Both the position numbers and the translations under genes were made by a program. The notes beneath the pieces were generated by a model, which did not search any database, was not told where the DNA came from, and was given only the letters and a program-made list of their open reading frames with translations. Below, piece after piece: positions 37,785 through 47,663 of a DNA stretch of 52,387 nucleotides. The DNA is from Verrucomicrobiales bacterium (GTDB taxonomy: Bacteria > Verrucomicrobiota > Verrucomicrobiia > Verrucomicrobiales > V1-33), in the NCBI GenBank assembly GCA_031411295.1, contig JANOAV010000151.1, positions 1-52,387 of the forward strand, given 5' to 3'. How positions within the stretch are numbered: the stretch's first letter is position 1; every line of letters starts with the position of its first letter.

Positions 37785-39716
37785 TCACCGCACCAGCATC
37801 GTCTCCAGTTGCATCAACACTTCGGCAAAGGGCACGTTCTCCAGCAATCCGAAGGCGTCATGCTTCATGAGCTTGTCGCGTTGCGCGGCGGGACTCTTGA
37901 TCCCGCAGAGGAATCGCGTGAGTTGTCTGGCGCTGCGAAGCGCGGGCAATTTTTCGTCCATCAGCGCTTGGATTTGGAGAACTTCGGCATCGGAGATTGT
38001 GGGCGTTTTTGTGCGGGGGATTTTACGCGGACGTCGCGCCTTTTCCTGACAACTGGTGCAGGTGCCGCAGGGTGCACGGAGCTTTTCGCCAAAGTATCCC
38101 AGCAGATGCTTGGTCAGGCAGCGCTGGTCCTGCATCAGTGCCAGCACTTGCTCCAGGCGGGCGAGATCAGCGGCCTCCCGACGCGCAAAGAGAGCCTGCA
38201 TCCTCGAACAGGCCTGTTCGGTGATCTCAGTCGTCACCTCGGCCCGGAGGCGATATTGCTGGCGACGTTTCCCTGGTTTGAGCACGATGTCGCCTGCCTC
38301 CTCAAGATCCCGCAGCGACTGAATGATCTGTTCGGAGGTTGCGTCCAAGGCTGCTGCTGCAGTTTCGATGTCAACGGTGAGCCATTTCCACCAGCGCTTT
38401 CCGGTAGCGAAAATTTGCTCCATGAACTTACGGTGTTTGGCGGGAAACCCTGAGAGCACTTGCGCCTCGGGCCGTTCGAAGGCCATGCGATACTGCGCAT
38501 AAAAGGAGCCGCGGGGTTCCAGTAAAGCCTCCATTTCCAAATATGTCAGCACCGTCTCCATGACTGCTGGGCGGATATCTGTCACGCGAGTTAACTCATA
38601 ATGGCTCACATCCACATCCCGCCCCCGCCGCAGGAGGTGGTCCACCAATTGCCGCAGCGCAGTCGGCGTGGGGGTGTCGCCATGGATGAAATTTCGCAAC
38701 AGCGTGAGATCGTCCTGACATGCCAGCACCTCCACATGAGCTGGAGCCCCATCGCGTCCGGCGCGCCCGATTTCCTGTTGATAGTTCTCGAGGGTTTTCG
38801 GTAAATTGTAGTGATAGACGGCGCGAACATTCGCTTTGTCGATCCCCATGCCGAAGGCAATCGTGGCCACAATGACCTGAGTTTCTCCTGCCATGAAGGC
38901 CGATTGCACGTCGCTGCGGTGTTCATCGACCAATCCTGCGTGATAGGCCTGCGCCTTCAATCCCTGTCGCGCCAAGTGCGTGGCCACGTGCTCCGCAGTG
39001 TGCTGTTGGGTGACATAGACGATGGCGGGAAACCGTTGTTCCGTCAGCAACTTCTGGGTTAGCAATTCCAGTCGCACCAAGGCTGGGCACGGGGTGATAT
39101 GCAGCGCCAGATTCGCACGCAGGAAGGAATTCACTACGCGCTGACCTTTCTTAACGTTGAAAGTGACCGCCATTTCCTCTGCCACCAGAGGAGTGGCGGT
39201 GGCGGTTAACGCCAGGATAGGACGTAGTTTGAACTGCTGGGCGATTTTGGCCAGGCGGAGATAATCCGGTCGGAAATTGTGCCCCCATTCTGAAATACAG
39301 TGGGCCTCATCGATCGCTAGGAGGGAAATTTTCGCTTTCTTCAAGTGCTTGAGGAAGGTCTCATTCGCCATTCGCTCAGGCGCAATGTAGAGCAACTTCA
39401 ACTCGCCTCCTAGCATCTTAGCAAAGACCGCAGTCACTTCGTCTTGCGACAGGGTGGAATCCAGCCGAGCGGCCGGGAGTCCCCGTCGCACCAAGGTTTC
39501 GACCTGATCCTTCATGAGTGCAATCAAGGGCGACACCACCAGCGTGAGCCCCGGCAGCAGCAAGGCCGGCAATTGGAAACACAAGGATTTCCCGCCCCCG
39601 GTGGGGAAAATGGCGAGGGCCGATTTTTTTGCCAGCAGGGCGTGAATCACTTTTTCCTGACCGGGCCGGAATTCGGTGTGGCCGAAATAGTGTGTTAGCG
39701 CAGCGGTGAGTTCCAT
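37785..39716 (-). CDS. recQ: RecQ-family ATP-dependent DNA helicase
   Basis: PTGGGKSLCFQ, IDEAHCISEWGHNFRPDY, ATIAFGMGIDK, QEIGRAGRDG, CGTCTSC Zn motif. Confidence 0.93.
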   Translation of the reverse strand: MELTAALTHYFGHTEFRPGQEKVIHALLAKKSALAIFPTGGGKSLCFQLPALLLPGLTLVVSPLIALMKDQVETLVRRGLPAARLDSTLSQDEVTAVFAKMLGGELKLLYIAPERMANETFLKHLKKAKISLLAIDEAHCISEWGHNFRPDYLRLAKIAQQFKLRPILALTATATPLVAEEMAVTFNVKKGQRVVNSFLRANLALHITPCPALVRLELLTQKLLTEQRFPAIVYVTQQHTAEHVATHLARQGLKAQAYHAGLVDEHRSDVQSAFMAGETQVIVATIAFGMGIDKANVRAVYHYNLPKTLENYQQEIGRAGRDGAPAHVEVLACQDDLTLLRNFIHGDTPTPTALRQLVDHLLRRGRDVDVSHYELTRVTDIRPAVMETVLTYLEMEALLEPRGSFYAQYRMAFERPEAQVLSGFPAKHRKFMEQIFATGKRWWKWLTVDIETAAAALDATSEQIIQSLRDLEEAGDIVLKPGKRRQQYRLRAEVTTEITEQACSRMQALFARREAADLARLEQVLALMQDQRCLTKHLLGYFGEKLRAPCGTCTSCQEKARRPRKIPRTKTPTISDAEVLQIQALMDEKLPALRSARQLTRFLCGIKSPAAQRDKLMKHDAFGLLENVPFAEVLMQLETMLVR

Positions 39717-39793
39717 GCGGTTGTGCTGGGTCGGACTCAGTCACCAAGTCTTGTCAGAGTGCCTGCTTTGATGGATCATGAAAAGCAGAAGGG

Positions 39794-40357
39794 CTAGTGG
39801 GGGTTGGCATCTGAGACTTGTTGCGCCTTGGTCTGTCCTGTGAGGTAGTCGAAGTGGTAAACCCTGTGATCAAAATCAATCGCTTCAATATGCTCGGGCA
39901 GGATCGAAAAACCTTCGGAAAAGATGTCAGCGCCACCCTGTGACCAGACAATCTCTCCCTCCCTGGTGAATCGACAGATCGATAGCTCACCGTGAGAGAT
40001 CAATGCATCGTGCCGGTTGTCGTAATACACCCCGAAACACGTAGCTTCGTCAGTTTTCAGAATCCAATCGAAACACTGATTGCCCAGCGTGAAGCACACG
40101 ACATGCGCTCCGACTGCAACAAAAGCACGAGAATCGAGAACCGACAGGGAATGGGCGTGCACTCCCGAGGCACCTGCCGCATCTCCGATCACCATTATTG
40201 GTCTATCGTCGACGATTACCCCGTGGACGGACGATGGACGGCAGCCCTCAGTCAAGTCGACCTCGGTATCGTAGTGCCGCGAATTGTCTGCCGAGCCGAA
40301 TGAGTAGCTTGGCTCGTCGACGATCTGCACTCGACTCGCAGGATCAGAGGTCATCAT
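39794..40357 (-). CDS. hypothetical protein, possibly gene-cassette-like
   Basis: 187-aa beta-rich ORF between recQ and the COG2958 gene. Confidence 0.7.
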   Translation of the reverse strand: MMTSDPASRVQIVDEPSYSFGSADNSRHYDTEVDLTEGCRPSSVHGVIVDDRPIMVIGDAAGASGVHAHSLSVLDSRAFVAVGAHVVCFTLGNQCFDWILKTDEATCFGVYYDNRHDALISHGELSICRFTREGEIVWSQGGADIFSEGFSILPEHIEAIDFDHRVYHFDYLTGQTKAQQVSDANPH

Positions 40358-40395
40358 TCCTTGGCATAACTACGATTTGAAAACCACTGGGGCGC

Positions 40396-41421
40396 TTAGT
40401 CATCCGCGATGAGTTCGTTGCCAGTCATGGTAGCGAATTCTTCGAAGGTGTAGGCGCGCTTGTCGGTGAGGGAACGGTGGATCCAGTCCAAGAGCGCGCG
40501 GAAGTCCGCGTTGTCCTGGCGCATGCGTTCGAGGGTGCGCCAGTCAAAGGCTTTGGGTTGGCCGGTGGTGGTGATTTTCTGCATCTTCAGACGATCCTGG
40601 AGACTTTCGAATTCACGCTCGCTGAGTTTCAGAATGGCCCAGTGCGGGGGTAATTCGTCCAACTTTTCCATGGGGAGGCCCAGGGAATAAATCCCCAAAC
40701 CAAAATCCGTGCCCAGGCGACGCAGGTCTTCCACGAGTTGCTCGTCCAAGATGGGGGCGCAGATAACGAACTCACCCCGATGCGCCCAGGCCGCATTGCT
40801 GAGGGCTTGGAAGAAATCCTCCCGCAGCGAATTGTGGGACACTTCCAGTTTGAGCTTCACGCTGCTGACCGTGAATAATTGCAGGCCCAAGTGTCGTTTA
40901 TAGCTCAGCATGGCCGGGGACAGAGCGAAATGCGTGTCCACATATTCCCCGAGTTCCCAGTCGATCACGGCTGCGTCCGGGCATTTCCAGACGTTTTCGT
41001 AGGGGGCTTCCGCGCCAAAGGAGGCTTCGAACACGAAGGGAAATTTCCCCGTGTGGTCCGCCAGACGGGCGAAGATGGCCCTGAGCTTTTGTTGTCTAGC
41101 TACCGCAAGATCAAGGACTTCCGGCTGGTTTTCAAACACCAGACCAAGGCGCGCTTGGAAGGGGGTGATCTGGCCGCGATTGCCTGCATGGCCCGGGCTG
41201 GACGTCCGTTGGTAATACCCCTGCCCCTGTTCCACCTTGGCGATGGGCGAGGCGGGATCACAGCACATAATGCTGAAATGATAGCGCAGGGTGGCATCGC
41301 TGTATTCCTGCTTGAGACGGAGTTTCACCAAGCGAATCAGCTCTGTTCCTTTCATGGACTCAGCTGGATTGGCGGGGAGGATTTCCGGGAGGATGACTTT
41401 AAGTTTTTCCCTCAGATTCAT
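40396..41421 (-). CDS. COG2958/HrgA-like protein (N-terminal wHTH plus restriction-endonuclease-like fold)
   Basis: CPDAAV, KLKLEVSHNSLREDFFQALSNAAWAHRG...LRRLGTDFGLGI resembles the COG2958 signature. Confidence 0.75.
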   Translation of the reverse strand: MNLREKLKVILPEILPANPAESMKGTELIRLVKLRLKQEYSDATLRYHFSIMCCDPASPIAKVEQGQGYYQRTSSPGHAGNRGQITPFQARLGLVFENQPEVLDLAVARQQKLRAIFARLADHTGKFPFVFEASFGAEAPYENVWKCPDAAVIDWELGEYVDTHFALSPAMLSYKRHLGLQLFTVSSVKLKLEVSHNSLREDFFQALSNAAWAHRGEFVICAPILDEQLVEDLRRLGTDFGLGIYSLGLPMEKLDELPPHWAILKLSEREFESLQDRLKMQKITTTGQPKAFDWRTLERMRQDNADFRALLDWIHRSLTDKRAYTFEEFATMTGNELIADD

Positions 41422-41494
41422 GATATTGGTCGCGAGGAGTGGGTTGGGATGAGGTGGATAGGAGTTTGGTCTGGGTGAGGGGAGGGGACTCGAA

Positions 41495-42556
41495 TTATTT
41501 CAGTGGTTTCCACTGATAAACCGAGAGTCCGGTATGGAGCGAGTTCTTACGCGGGTCTGCAGCATCGAAATCCGCAATGACGCGGCTGCCTTCAACGCGA
41601 CTGACCGTGAGCGAAATGGGAGTATCATTGGAATTTCCGCTCCAAGCGAACAGGGAGTCTTTTAGTTTTACCGTGCCTGCGGTGGCCGGAAACTCGCAAA
41701 AGCACCATTGGAAATCAACTTGGACGATCTCCCCAAGCCGCTGCGGAGTCCGCGGGATTCCGTTCTCGGTAAAGGCTTGCGCCGCCTTCTTTTCCGCCAC
41801 TGGCCCTGCCAGCGAGCCGTTACCCTTCAAGGCCTTAGGGGCTTTTTTAACAGCTGCGAGCACCGGATCTACTGGCACTGGTGGGGCCATCCAAGCCCGG
41901 ACGTAGGTGAACGGTGGCTCGTATTTTTTCGGTGGCGCATTGGGATCAGGGGCGGGGGCCAATTGAGCGGCCGACTTTTCTGCCAAGCCGTAAATGAGCC
42001 GCTGATCGCCTCGGGCGGTTTCTTGAACAATTTTATCGATGCGGCCGCCGGGAAGACGCAATTTCCGAATCGTTAGACGAAATTCACCTTGAATGCCGAC
42101 CACCGTCGGAGCGACCACGAAGTCTGCTCCGGTGGCTTTACCAAAATCCAAAGCGGAAAGGGCGACCCCATTGGAGCCACTCAAGGCACTGGCATCCACG
42201 ACATCGTAATGGCCAGCGGTGAGAAACTTTGCAGTCAGGGTGTCGGAAAAAGAGGCACCCAGATCCGGTCGCACGACCCCGTCGATGGTCACCAGCGCTT
42301 CCAAGACTGCCAGTTTCGGCTTGCCATTGGCCAAGGCCAGGTCTTGCACCATCCTCGCTAAAGTGGCTTGCTCGATGCTTTTTACATCAGCCCCGCCAGT
42401 CGCCTCTGGGCCCTCTGGCAATGGCGGCAACAACGCGGCCACAGGCTCAGCCGTAGGGCTAAGTTGGTTGGCAGGCAGCAGCGTAATTCCCGCTCCCAGA
42501 AAACCAGCGGCTAAAAGCACCGATGTTATAATTCCTAGATTAATTTGTTTCCTCAT
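41495..42556 (-). CDS. membrane-anchored hypothetical protein, CsgG/FlgT-like domain possible
   Basis: N-terminal TM; KLAVL...SDTLTAKF...YDVVD...GKATGADFVV pattern. Confidence 0.65.
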   Translation of the reverse strand: MRKQINLGIITSVLLAAGFLGAGITLLPANQLSPTAEPVAALLPPLPEGPEATGGADVKSIEQATLARMVQDLALANGKPKLAVLEALVTIDGVVRPDLGASFSDTLTAKFLTAGHYDVVDASALSGSNGVALSALDFGKATGADFVVAPTVVGIQGEFRLTIRKLRLPGGRIDKIVQETARGDQRLIYGLAEKSAAQLAPAPDPNAPPKKYEPPFTYVRAWMAPPVPVDPVLAAVKKAPKALKGNGSLAGPVAEKKAAQAFTENGIPRTPQRLGEIVQVDFQWCFCEFPATAGTVKLKDSLFAWSGNSNDTPISLTVSRVEGSRVIADFDAADPRKNSLHTGLSVYQWKPLK

Positions 42557-42727
42557 CACTCTAGAATAGTAACATCTCGCAGGTCTGGCAATCAATTTTG
42601 AAATATTTTCGCAGAATCGAAAAATTTGAGCAATTATGACTTTTTTGAATTTAGCGGACTGAAATTGCAGCAAGAGTTAAGATTTTGAAAAGGCAGGCGC
42701 AGCAACATCGGAGCACACAGCGACCCA

Positions 42728-43324
42728 TCATGATGGCTGGAGCAATTGAATAGATTCGGTGCGCGGGCTGAAATCGACCAATTCCATGTCGATCAATTTT
42801 TTAATGGATGCCCGCTGCGTTTCGAATTTACGCAGCGATTGCCATCCCCGTTTTAAGCCCAAGTCTGAGAGGAGGCGTTCCAATTCCTCGGCGGTGGCTT
42901 GGGTTGCGGGAAATCGACTGGTTAACAAAGTGTGCATTTTCTGCCACTGGAGCGGCCCGCAAAGAAAAATCTGAGTCAGGATGTAAGCGGGGCCGGTGAC
43001 CTGGGTGGTGACCTCCATCTCGATCATCATGGCACCACCGGATGATGATCCGAGTCCCAAGTGTCCCGGGCTCTCCGAGAAATCGTAAAGCCCCTTCCCG
43101 GCCCGGGCGCGACGCAGGCCTTCCAGAAAGATGAGTCCAAGAGCGCCCAAGGCGATGGCGAGGCAGGCTCCCCTTGGCACTGGCTCGGAAAAGAAGCGCC
43201 AAATCCTGGCACTGGCAAAGTAAAAGAAACCGAAGCCCAGCAGCGTCCCCACAACGGAGAGACTTCCGGCCACAAGAGCACGCAAAACTTGGCGTTGATT
43301 AAATTGGGTGATTCTCGAGAGCAT
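42728..43324 (-). CDS. hypothetical membrane protein
   Basis: Several hydrophobic segments; start uncertain. Confidence 0.6.
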   Translation of the reverse strand: MLSRITQFNQRQVLRALVAGSLSVVGTLLGFGFFYFASARIWRFFSEPVPRGACLAIALGALGLIFLEGLRRARAGKGLYDFSESPGHLGLGSSSGGAMMIEMEVTTQVTGPAYILTQIFLCGPLQWQKMHTLLTSRFPATQATAEELERLLSDLGLKRGWQSLRKFETQRASIKKLIDMELVDFSPRTESIQLLQPS

Positions 43325-43484
43325 GGTGGAGGATACGCGAATCGTTCGAGGAATCATACCGAAATTCTGCGCCTGACCAAAGTTGGGTGAGGTGGTGGGC
43401 GTGGCAGAAATCCACCGTGCCCCAGGCACCTTCCCGCAATCTCATTTGACTTGTCACCTCGTTCCGAGTTGAATCGGCCCCACC

Positions 43485-43994
43485 ATGAGATCCCTTTTTC
43501 TGCTCCGTTCCGTTTTCCTGATCATCTGCGCTGTGGCGGGGATGAGTCTGACCTCCTGTGAGACATACGACCCGAAAATCAAACAAGCTCGGGATGCGCA
43601 GATCCGCATGGAGCCCCAAGGGGATTACTTTGTGGGGCGTCGTTTCTACACGTGGCGGTGCCGGTTCTGGGGCTACCTGCGGAGGCCGGGACAATCTTGG
43701 GACACCGCCAAATTGGCCATCATCAACGAGCGGGTGGCGAAGCAGCCAGATCGGCTTCCCGAAGCCCCAGAATCAGGCAATGCGCATGGCTTCGATCATA
43801 ACCATGAATACCGGATGTATGGCTCCTACTCCGGCCGCACGGTATATGATCCTAACGCTGACATTTTCCTGCCGGAGTTTGTGCTGACGAAATGGGAGCG
43901 GATTTCCGCCACCCCGGGGTTTTTGTTTGATCCTCGGGAGAGCTATGATTACCGTCGCTTGCCTGGCCGCGAAACTTCGGGCCGCGGTTACTAA
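43485..43994 (+). CDS. putative lipoprotein
   Basis: Lipobox LTSC after a hydrophobic leader. Confidence 0.8.
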   Translation: MRSLFLLRSVFLIICAVAGMSLTSCETYDPKIKQARDAQIRMEPQGDYFVGRRFYTWRCRFWGYLRRPGQSWDTAKLAIINERVAKQPDRLPEAPESGNAHGFDHNHEYRMYGSYSGRTVYDPNADIFLPEFVLTKWERISATPGFLFDPRESYDYRRLPGRETSGRGY

Positions 43995-44002
43995 CGTCCC
44001 TC

Positions 44003-45736
44003 ATGCTCCACGCGGCCCGGCAACTCTTCAGCCATTTGTTCCGTCAGCGCTCGTTGCTGGTCAAGGCAACGATGGTGCTCTTTACTGGGGCTGGACTGCA
44101 GTTACTGTTTCCGCTGGGAGCCGGGCTGTTGGTGGATGGGACCTTGCAACACGGCGATCCCTCCCTGCGCAACATCAATCTGATCTGTGCCGGACTGTTT
44201 GGGATTGTGTTGTTGGTGCTGGGGTTGCGGTATTTGGAGGCTTGTTGGTTTCAAGAGTTGGGGGAGCGGGCCACCGCGGCTCTGCGGGGCGAAACCTTTG
44301 CGCACTTGATTCGTTTACCCATGACATGGTTCAGCCAGCAACGCACGGGGGATCTGACCAGCCGGATGCTGGCGGATTTGGCGCAGGTGCAGGAATTGTG
44401 GATCTTCGATCTCCGGATGATGCTGACTTATAGCGCGGTGTTAGTGGGCTCCGGGGTGTTTCTCTTGATAACATCATTTACGCTGGCCTCGGCGTTGTTG
44501 TATGTTGCCGTCGTGGTGGTGGGGATTGCTTGGGGCTTTGGCGGGACGTTGCGGCAGCAAGCCACCCTAACGCAGGAGAAATTAGCCGCGGCCGCCATCC
44601 TGGTGGAAGAAAATGTGCGAGGGATCGCTGCCGTCAAAACCTGCTCCACCGAAGCCCACGAAACCGCGCGCTTCCACCAACGGATGTCGGATTACTTGAC
44701 CCCTGCCATCAAGGCCGGACGGGCGCGGGCGTTGTTTATTAGCAGTATCGTCTGTTGTTTGCTCGCTACTTGGGTTTTCATGATGTGGCATGGATCCTGG
44801 ATGATCCGGGAGGGACGACTGACCCCGGGGGCGTTTACCAGCTTCATGTTTTACCTCGGACTGGCGGGCACCGCTGCGGGCGTGGTGGCAGAGAATTTCG
44901 CCAAAATCCAACGGGCCTTGGGCGCCCACGCGCGGATTCAGGAAATTCTGGCGGTAGCACCGGAAGAATTTCAATCCGTGCCCAACCCGGAGTGCGCCAA
45001 ACTGGAAGGCTCCGTGACCTTTGCCCAAGTCAATTTCCACTATTCCACGCGCCCGGACACGGCCGCTTTAAAAAACGTTAGTTTTACCGTGGGGGCCGGC
45101 ACTTCGGTGGCCTTGGTCGGACCAAGCGGAAGCGGAAAATCCACCGTGGCTGCGCTCCTCTGCCAACTGTATCAGCCCGCGTCTGGGAGTTTGCTCTACG
45201 ATGGCAAGCCGACGGAGACGTATCCGCTGGGATGGCTGCGGGGACAGATCGCTTATGTGCCGCAGGAGGTGTATCTCTTTGCCGGGACCATGGCGGAAAA
45301 CATCCGTTACGGGAAACTGGACGCCACCGACGAACAGGTCCGCGCGGCCGCGTCGCAGGCTCATGCGATGGAATTCATTGACCGCCTGCCCGACGGTCTG
45401 GCCACGATGGTGGGAGACCGTGGACAAACGCTCTCCGGGGGCCAGCGCCAGCGACTCGCCTTGGCCCGGGCCATCCTGCGTGATCCCTGTATCCTCGTGT
45501 TAGACGAAGCCACGAGCGCCCTGGATCCGGAAAGCGAAGCCCATATCCAGCAGGCGCTGGAGGAAATAATGCGGCAGCGCACCACCTTCATCATCGCGCA
45601 TCGGCTCAGCACCATCCGCAAAGCTCAACAAATCCTCGTCCTGAGCCAGGGCACCATTCTCGAAATGGGAACCCACGAGGAGTTGACCGCCGCGCAGGGA
45701 GCCTACTATCATTTGTGCGCCCAGCCCTTTGCGTGA
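44003..45736 (+). CDS. ABC exporter, fused permease/ATPase (MsbA/ABCB-like)
   Basis: TM domain, GPSGSGKST, LSGGQRQR, LDEATSALD, IAHRLST. Confidence 0.93.
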   Translation: MLHAARQLFSHLFRQRSLLVKATMVLFTGAGLQLLFPLGAGLLVDGTLQHGDPSLRNINLICAGLFGIVLLVLGLRYLEACWFQELGERATAALRGETFAHLIRLPMTWFSQQRTGDLTSRMLADLAQVQELWIFDLRMMLTYSAVLVGSGVFLLITSFTLASALLYVAVVVVGIAWGFGGTLRQQATLTQEKLAAAAILVEENVRGIAAVKTCSTEAHETARFHQRMSDYLTPAIKAGRARALFISSIVCCLLATWVFMMWHGSWMIREGRLTPGAFTSFMFYLGLAGTAAGVVAENFAKIQRALGAHARIQEILAVAPEEFQSVPNPECAKLEGSVTFAQVNFHYSTRPDTAALKNVSFTVGAGTSVALVGPSGSGKSTVAALLCQLYQPASGSLLYDGKPTETYPLGWLRGQIAYVPQEVYLFAGTMAENIRYGKLDATDEQVRAAASQAHAMEFIDRLPDGLATMVGDRGQTLSGGQRQRLALARAILRDPCILVLDEATSALDPESEAHIQQALEEIMRQRTTFIIAHRLSTIRKAQQILVLSQGTILEMGTHEELTAAQGAYYHLCAQPFA

Positions 45737-46085
45737 AGGGCCTTTAGCCGAAAGTGGCGTGCGGATCGAACCTGCCAACGCTCATTTTCATCTGCCGAAA
45801 GAAACGAAAAAAGTCCGAAAAAATGGGATCCTTGAAGAGCTTGGTCGGATGCCTTCGCGTCGGCATTGGAATGCCAAGCTAAGTAGCGTGACATTTCAAT
45901 GTCGCGACGGCGGGAGTGGCCCATTTGCATCGCTGTGATTGCGGTTGGGCGTAGGCACCTCGACCGAATTTCCCAAACCCTGTGCGTTCCCTGCGTTCTT
46001 TTGCGGCCATCTGGGGATCTTGTCTGATTGCTGAATTTCTGCTTGGCGATTCCGTAACCGTTCGCTAGCATGGACCCACGTTATT

Positions 46086-46853
46086 ATGAACCGCCCACTT
46101 TCGACTCTCCTCCTACTCTGCCTCCTGTCCTCCTGTCAGAGCGTGCGCAAATTCATCAAAGCCAAGCCTGCTGAGTTTTCGGCCTTTGTGGAGCACCCGG
46201 CGGAAATGCAGCGTCAACCGACGAATACCGCTTTCCAATACCAGTGGCGCACGCCGGATCGAGCCGCACATGGGCAGGCCCGGTCGGTGCAGGATCTTTA
46301 TATTGCTCCGGTGACATTGCGTTATCTGCGACCACTCTCAACAGGGTTGACCAAATTGAATCAATCGCTCTCCACTCAAGTTTCTCCAGAGGCGCCACAC
46401 TTCGCCAATGAATTGCGCCATCAGTTCGCCTTGGCGTTGGTGAATATACCCTACCAACGCTACCGCATCGTGGTGGCTCCCACCCCTCATTGCCTAACCT
46501 TGGAAATGGCGATCGTCGAGCTGAACCCCACCAGCCCCAAGGCCAACGCCGGCAAGTTGGCGGCCAAAATTTTGCTTGGTCCGGTGGGCACGGTGGGCGG
46601 ACTGGCGGTGCAGTCCAGTGGGAATATTGCAGTGGAAGCGAAGCTGCGATTGCATCAGTCGAAAAAGTTGCTCTTCCAATTCACGGATAACGAAAGCGAC
46701 AAGCTAACATTTTACTCCGTCCGTGATTTTCGGCCTTACGGTCACGTCAATGTGGCCATCCAAGAATGGGCTGAGCAATTCGCAGAGCTTACCGCCAATC
46801 GCCCTGGCACTGCCATTTCCGATGCCAGCTTCTGGACGCTGTCGCCCTTTTGA
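46086..46853 (+). CDS. DUF3313-like lipoprotein
   Basis: Lipobox LSSC; LYIAPV, LEMAIVEL, IAVEAKL, EWAEQF. Confidence 0.7.
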   Translation: MNRPLSTLLLLCLLSSCQSVRKFIKAKPAEFSAFVEHPAEMQRQPTNTAFQYQWRTPDRAAHGQARSVQDLYIAPVTLRYLRPLSTGLTKLNQSLSTQVSPEAPHFANELRHQFALALVNIPYQRYRIVVAPTPHCLTLEMAIVELNPTSPKANAGKLAAKILLGPVGTVGGLAVQSSGNIAVEAKLRLHQSKKLLFQFTDNESDKLTFYSVRDFRPYGHVNVAIQEWAEQFAELTANRPGTAISDASFWTLSPF

Positions 46854-46927
46854 CCCTTTTGATTTCGCAGTGAGATTTCTCTTTGCCCGTGGGAAATAAT
46901 AGTTAAGGTGCGCAAAGTAAATTGCCT

Positions 46928-47656
46928 ATGAATCGACTGCGCTACCTCCTTCCTACCACTTTCGCTCTGGCTACCCTGCTGGGTGGATTTGCCTATCTTT
47001 CCTCCTGTAGTTCCACTCCCAACGTAGGTGGAAGTTATGCTGGCGGGCCAGCCGTGACTCCATTGCAATTGCTGGGGGAGGCCAATGTGCGGCAAGACCT
47101 GATCCCGGCGGGAACCTATGGGCGCAAAGTGTATCGACCAATGTTTCCCAGTTACATTACGATCCATGCCACAGAGAACAAGACGGGGGATGCTTATGCT
47201 CATGCGCGCGCTTTAAAGGCCGGGGCCCTGCGGGCGCATAAACGTCCCGGGGGAAATCGGATCGGTTTCCTAACTTGGCACTTCACCGTGCAGGACGATG
47301 TAGCCATCCAGCATCTCCCCACGCGGGAACAGGGCGAGCACGCGGACTTCGACGGCAAGGGGAATAACTTCTCCATCGGCATCGAAATGTGCGAACATAA
47401 CGGTAACAGCATTCCCCAGACCATGGAGCGCACCGCCAAGCTGGCGGCTTGTCTGATGAAGCAATATAACATTCCGCTGAATCATGTGGTGCCGCACTAT
47501 TACTGGCCCCGCATCGGCACCACCCCGGAACACAAGCCCTGCCCGCACTACTTGATGACCAATGGCAAGCCCGGTCGCCAATGGGGATGGTTTCTGGGAT
47601 TGGTGAAATCACAATATCAACGGCTAACCGAGGGCCCTGCGCCTCGGTTGCAATAA
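46928..47656 (+). CDS. N-acetylmuramoyl-L-alanine amidase (Amidase_2) lipoprotein
   Basis: YITIHATEN, TWHFTV, HA, SIGIEMC, VVPH, KPCP. Confidence 0.9.
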   Translation: MNRLRYLLPTTFALATLLGGFAYLSSCSSTPNVGGSYAGGPAVTPLQLLGEANVRQDLIPAGTYGRKVYRPMFPSYITIHATENKTGDAYAHARALKAGALRAHKRPGGNRIGFLTWHFTVQDDVAIQHLPTREQGEHADFDGKGNNFSIGIEMCEHNGNSIPQTMERTAKLAACLMKQYNIPLNHVVPHYYWPRIGTTPEHKPCPHYLMTNGKPGRQWGWFLGLVKSQYQRLTEGPAPRLQ

Positions 47657-47663
47657 TCCTTCC

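Noticed and set aside
45740..46085. Possible riboswitch or sRNA between the ABC exporter and the lipoprotein gene
   Set aside because: No conserved motif or strong structure that I can support.
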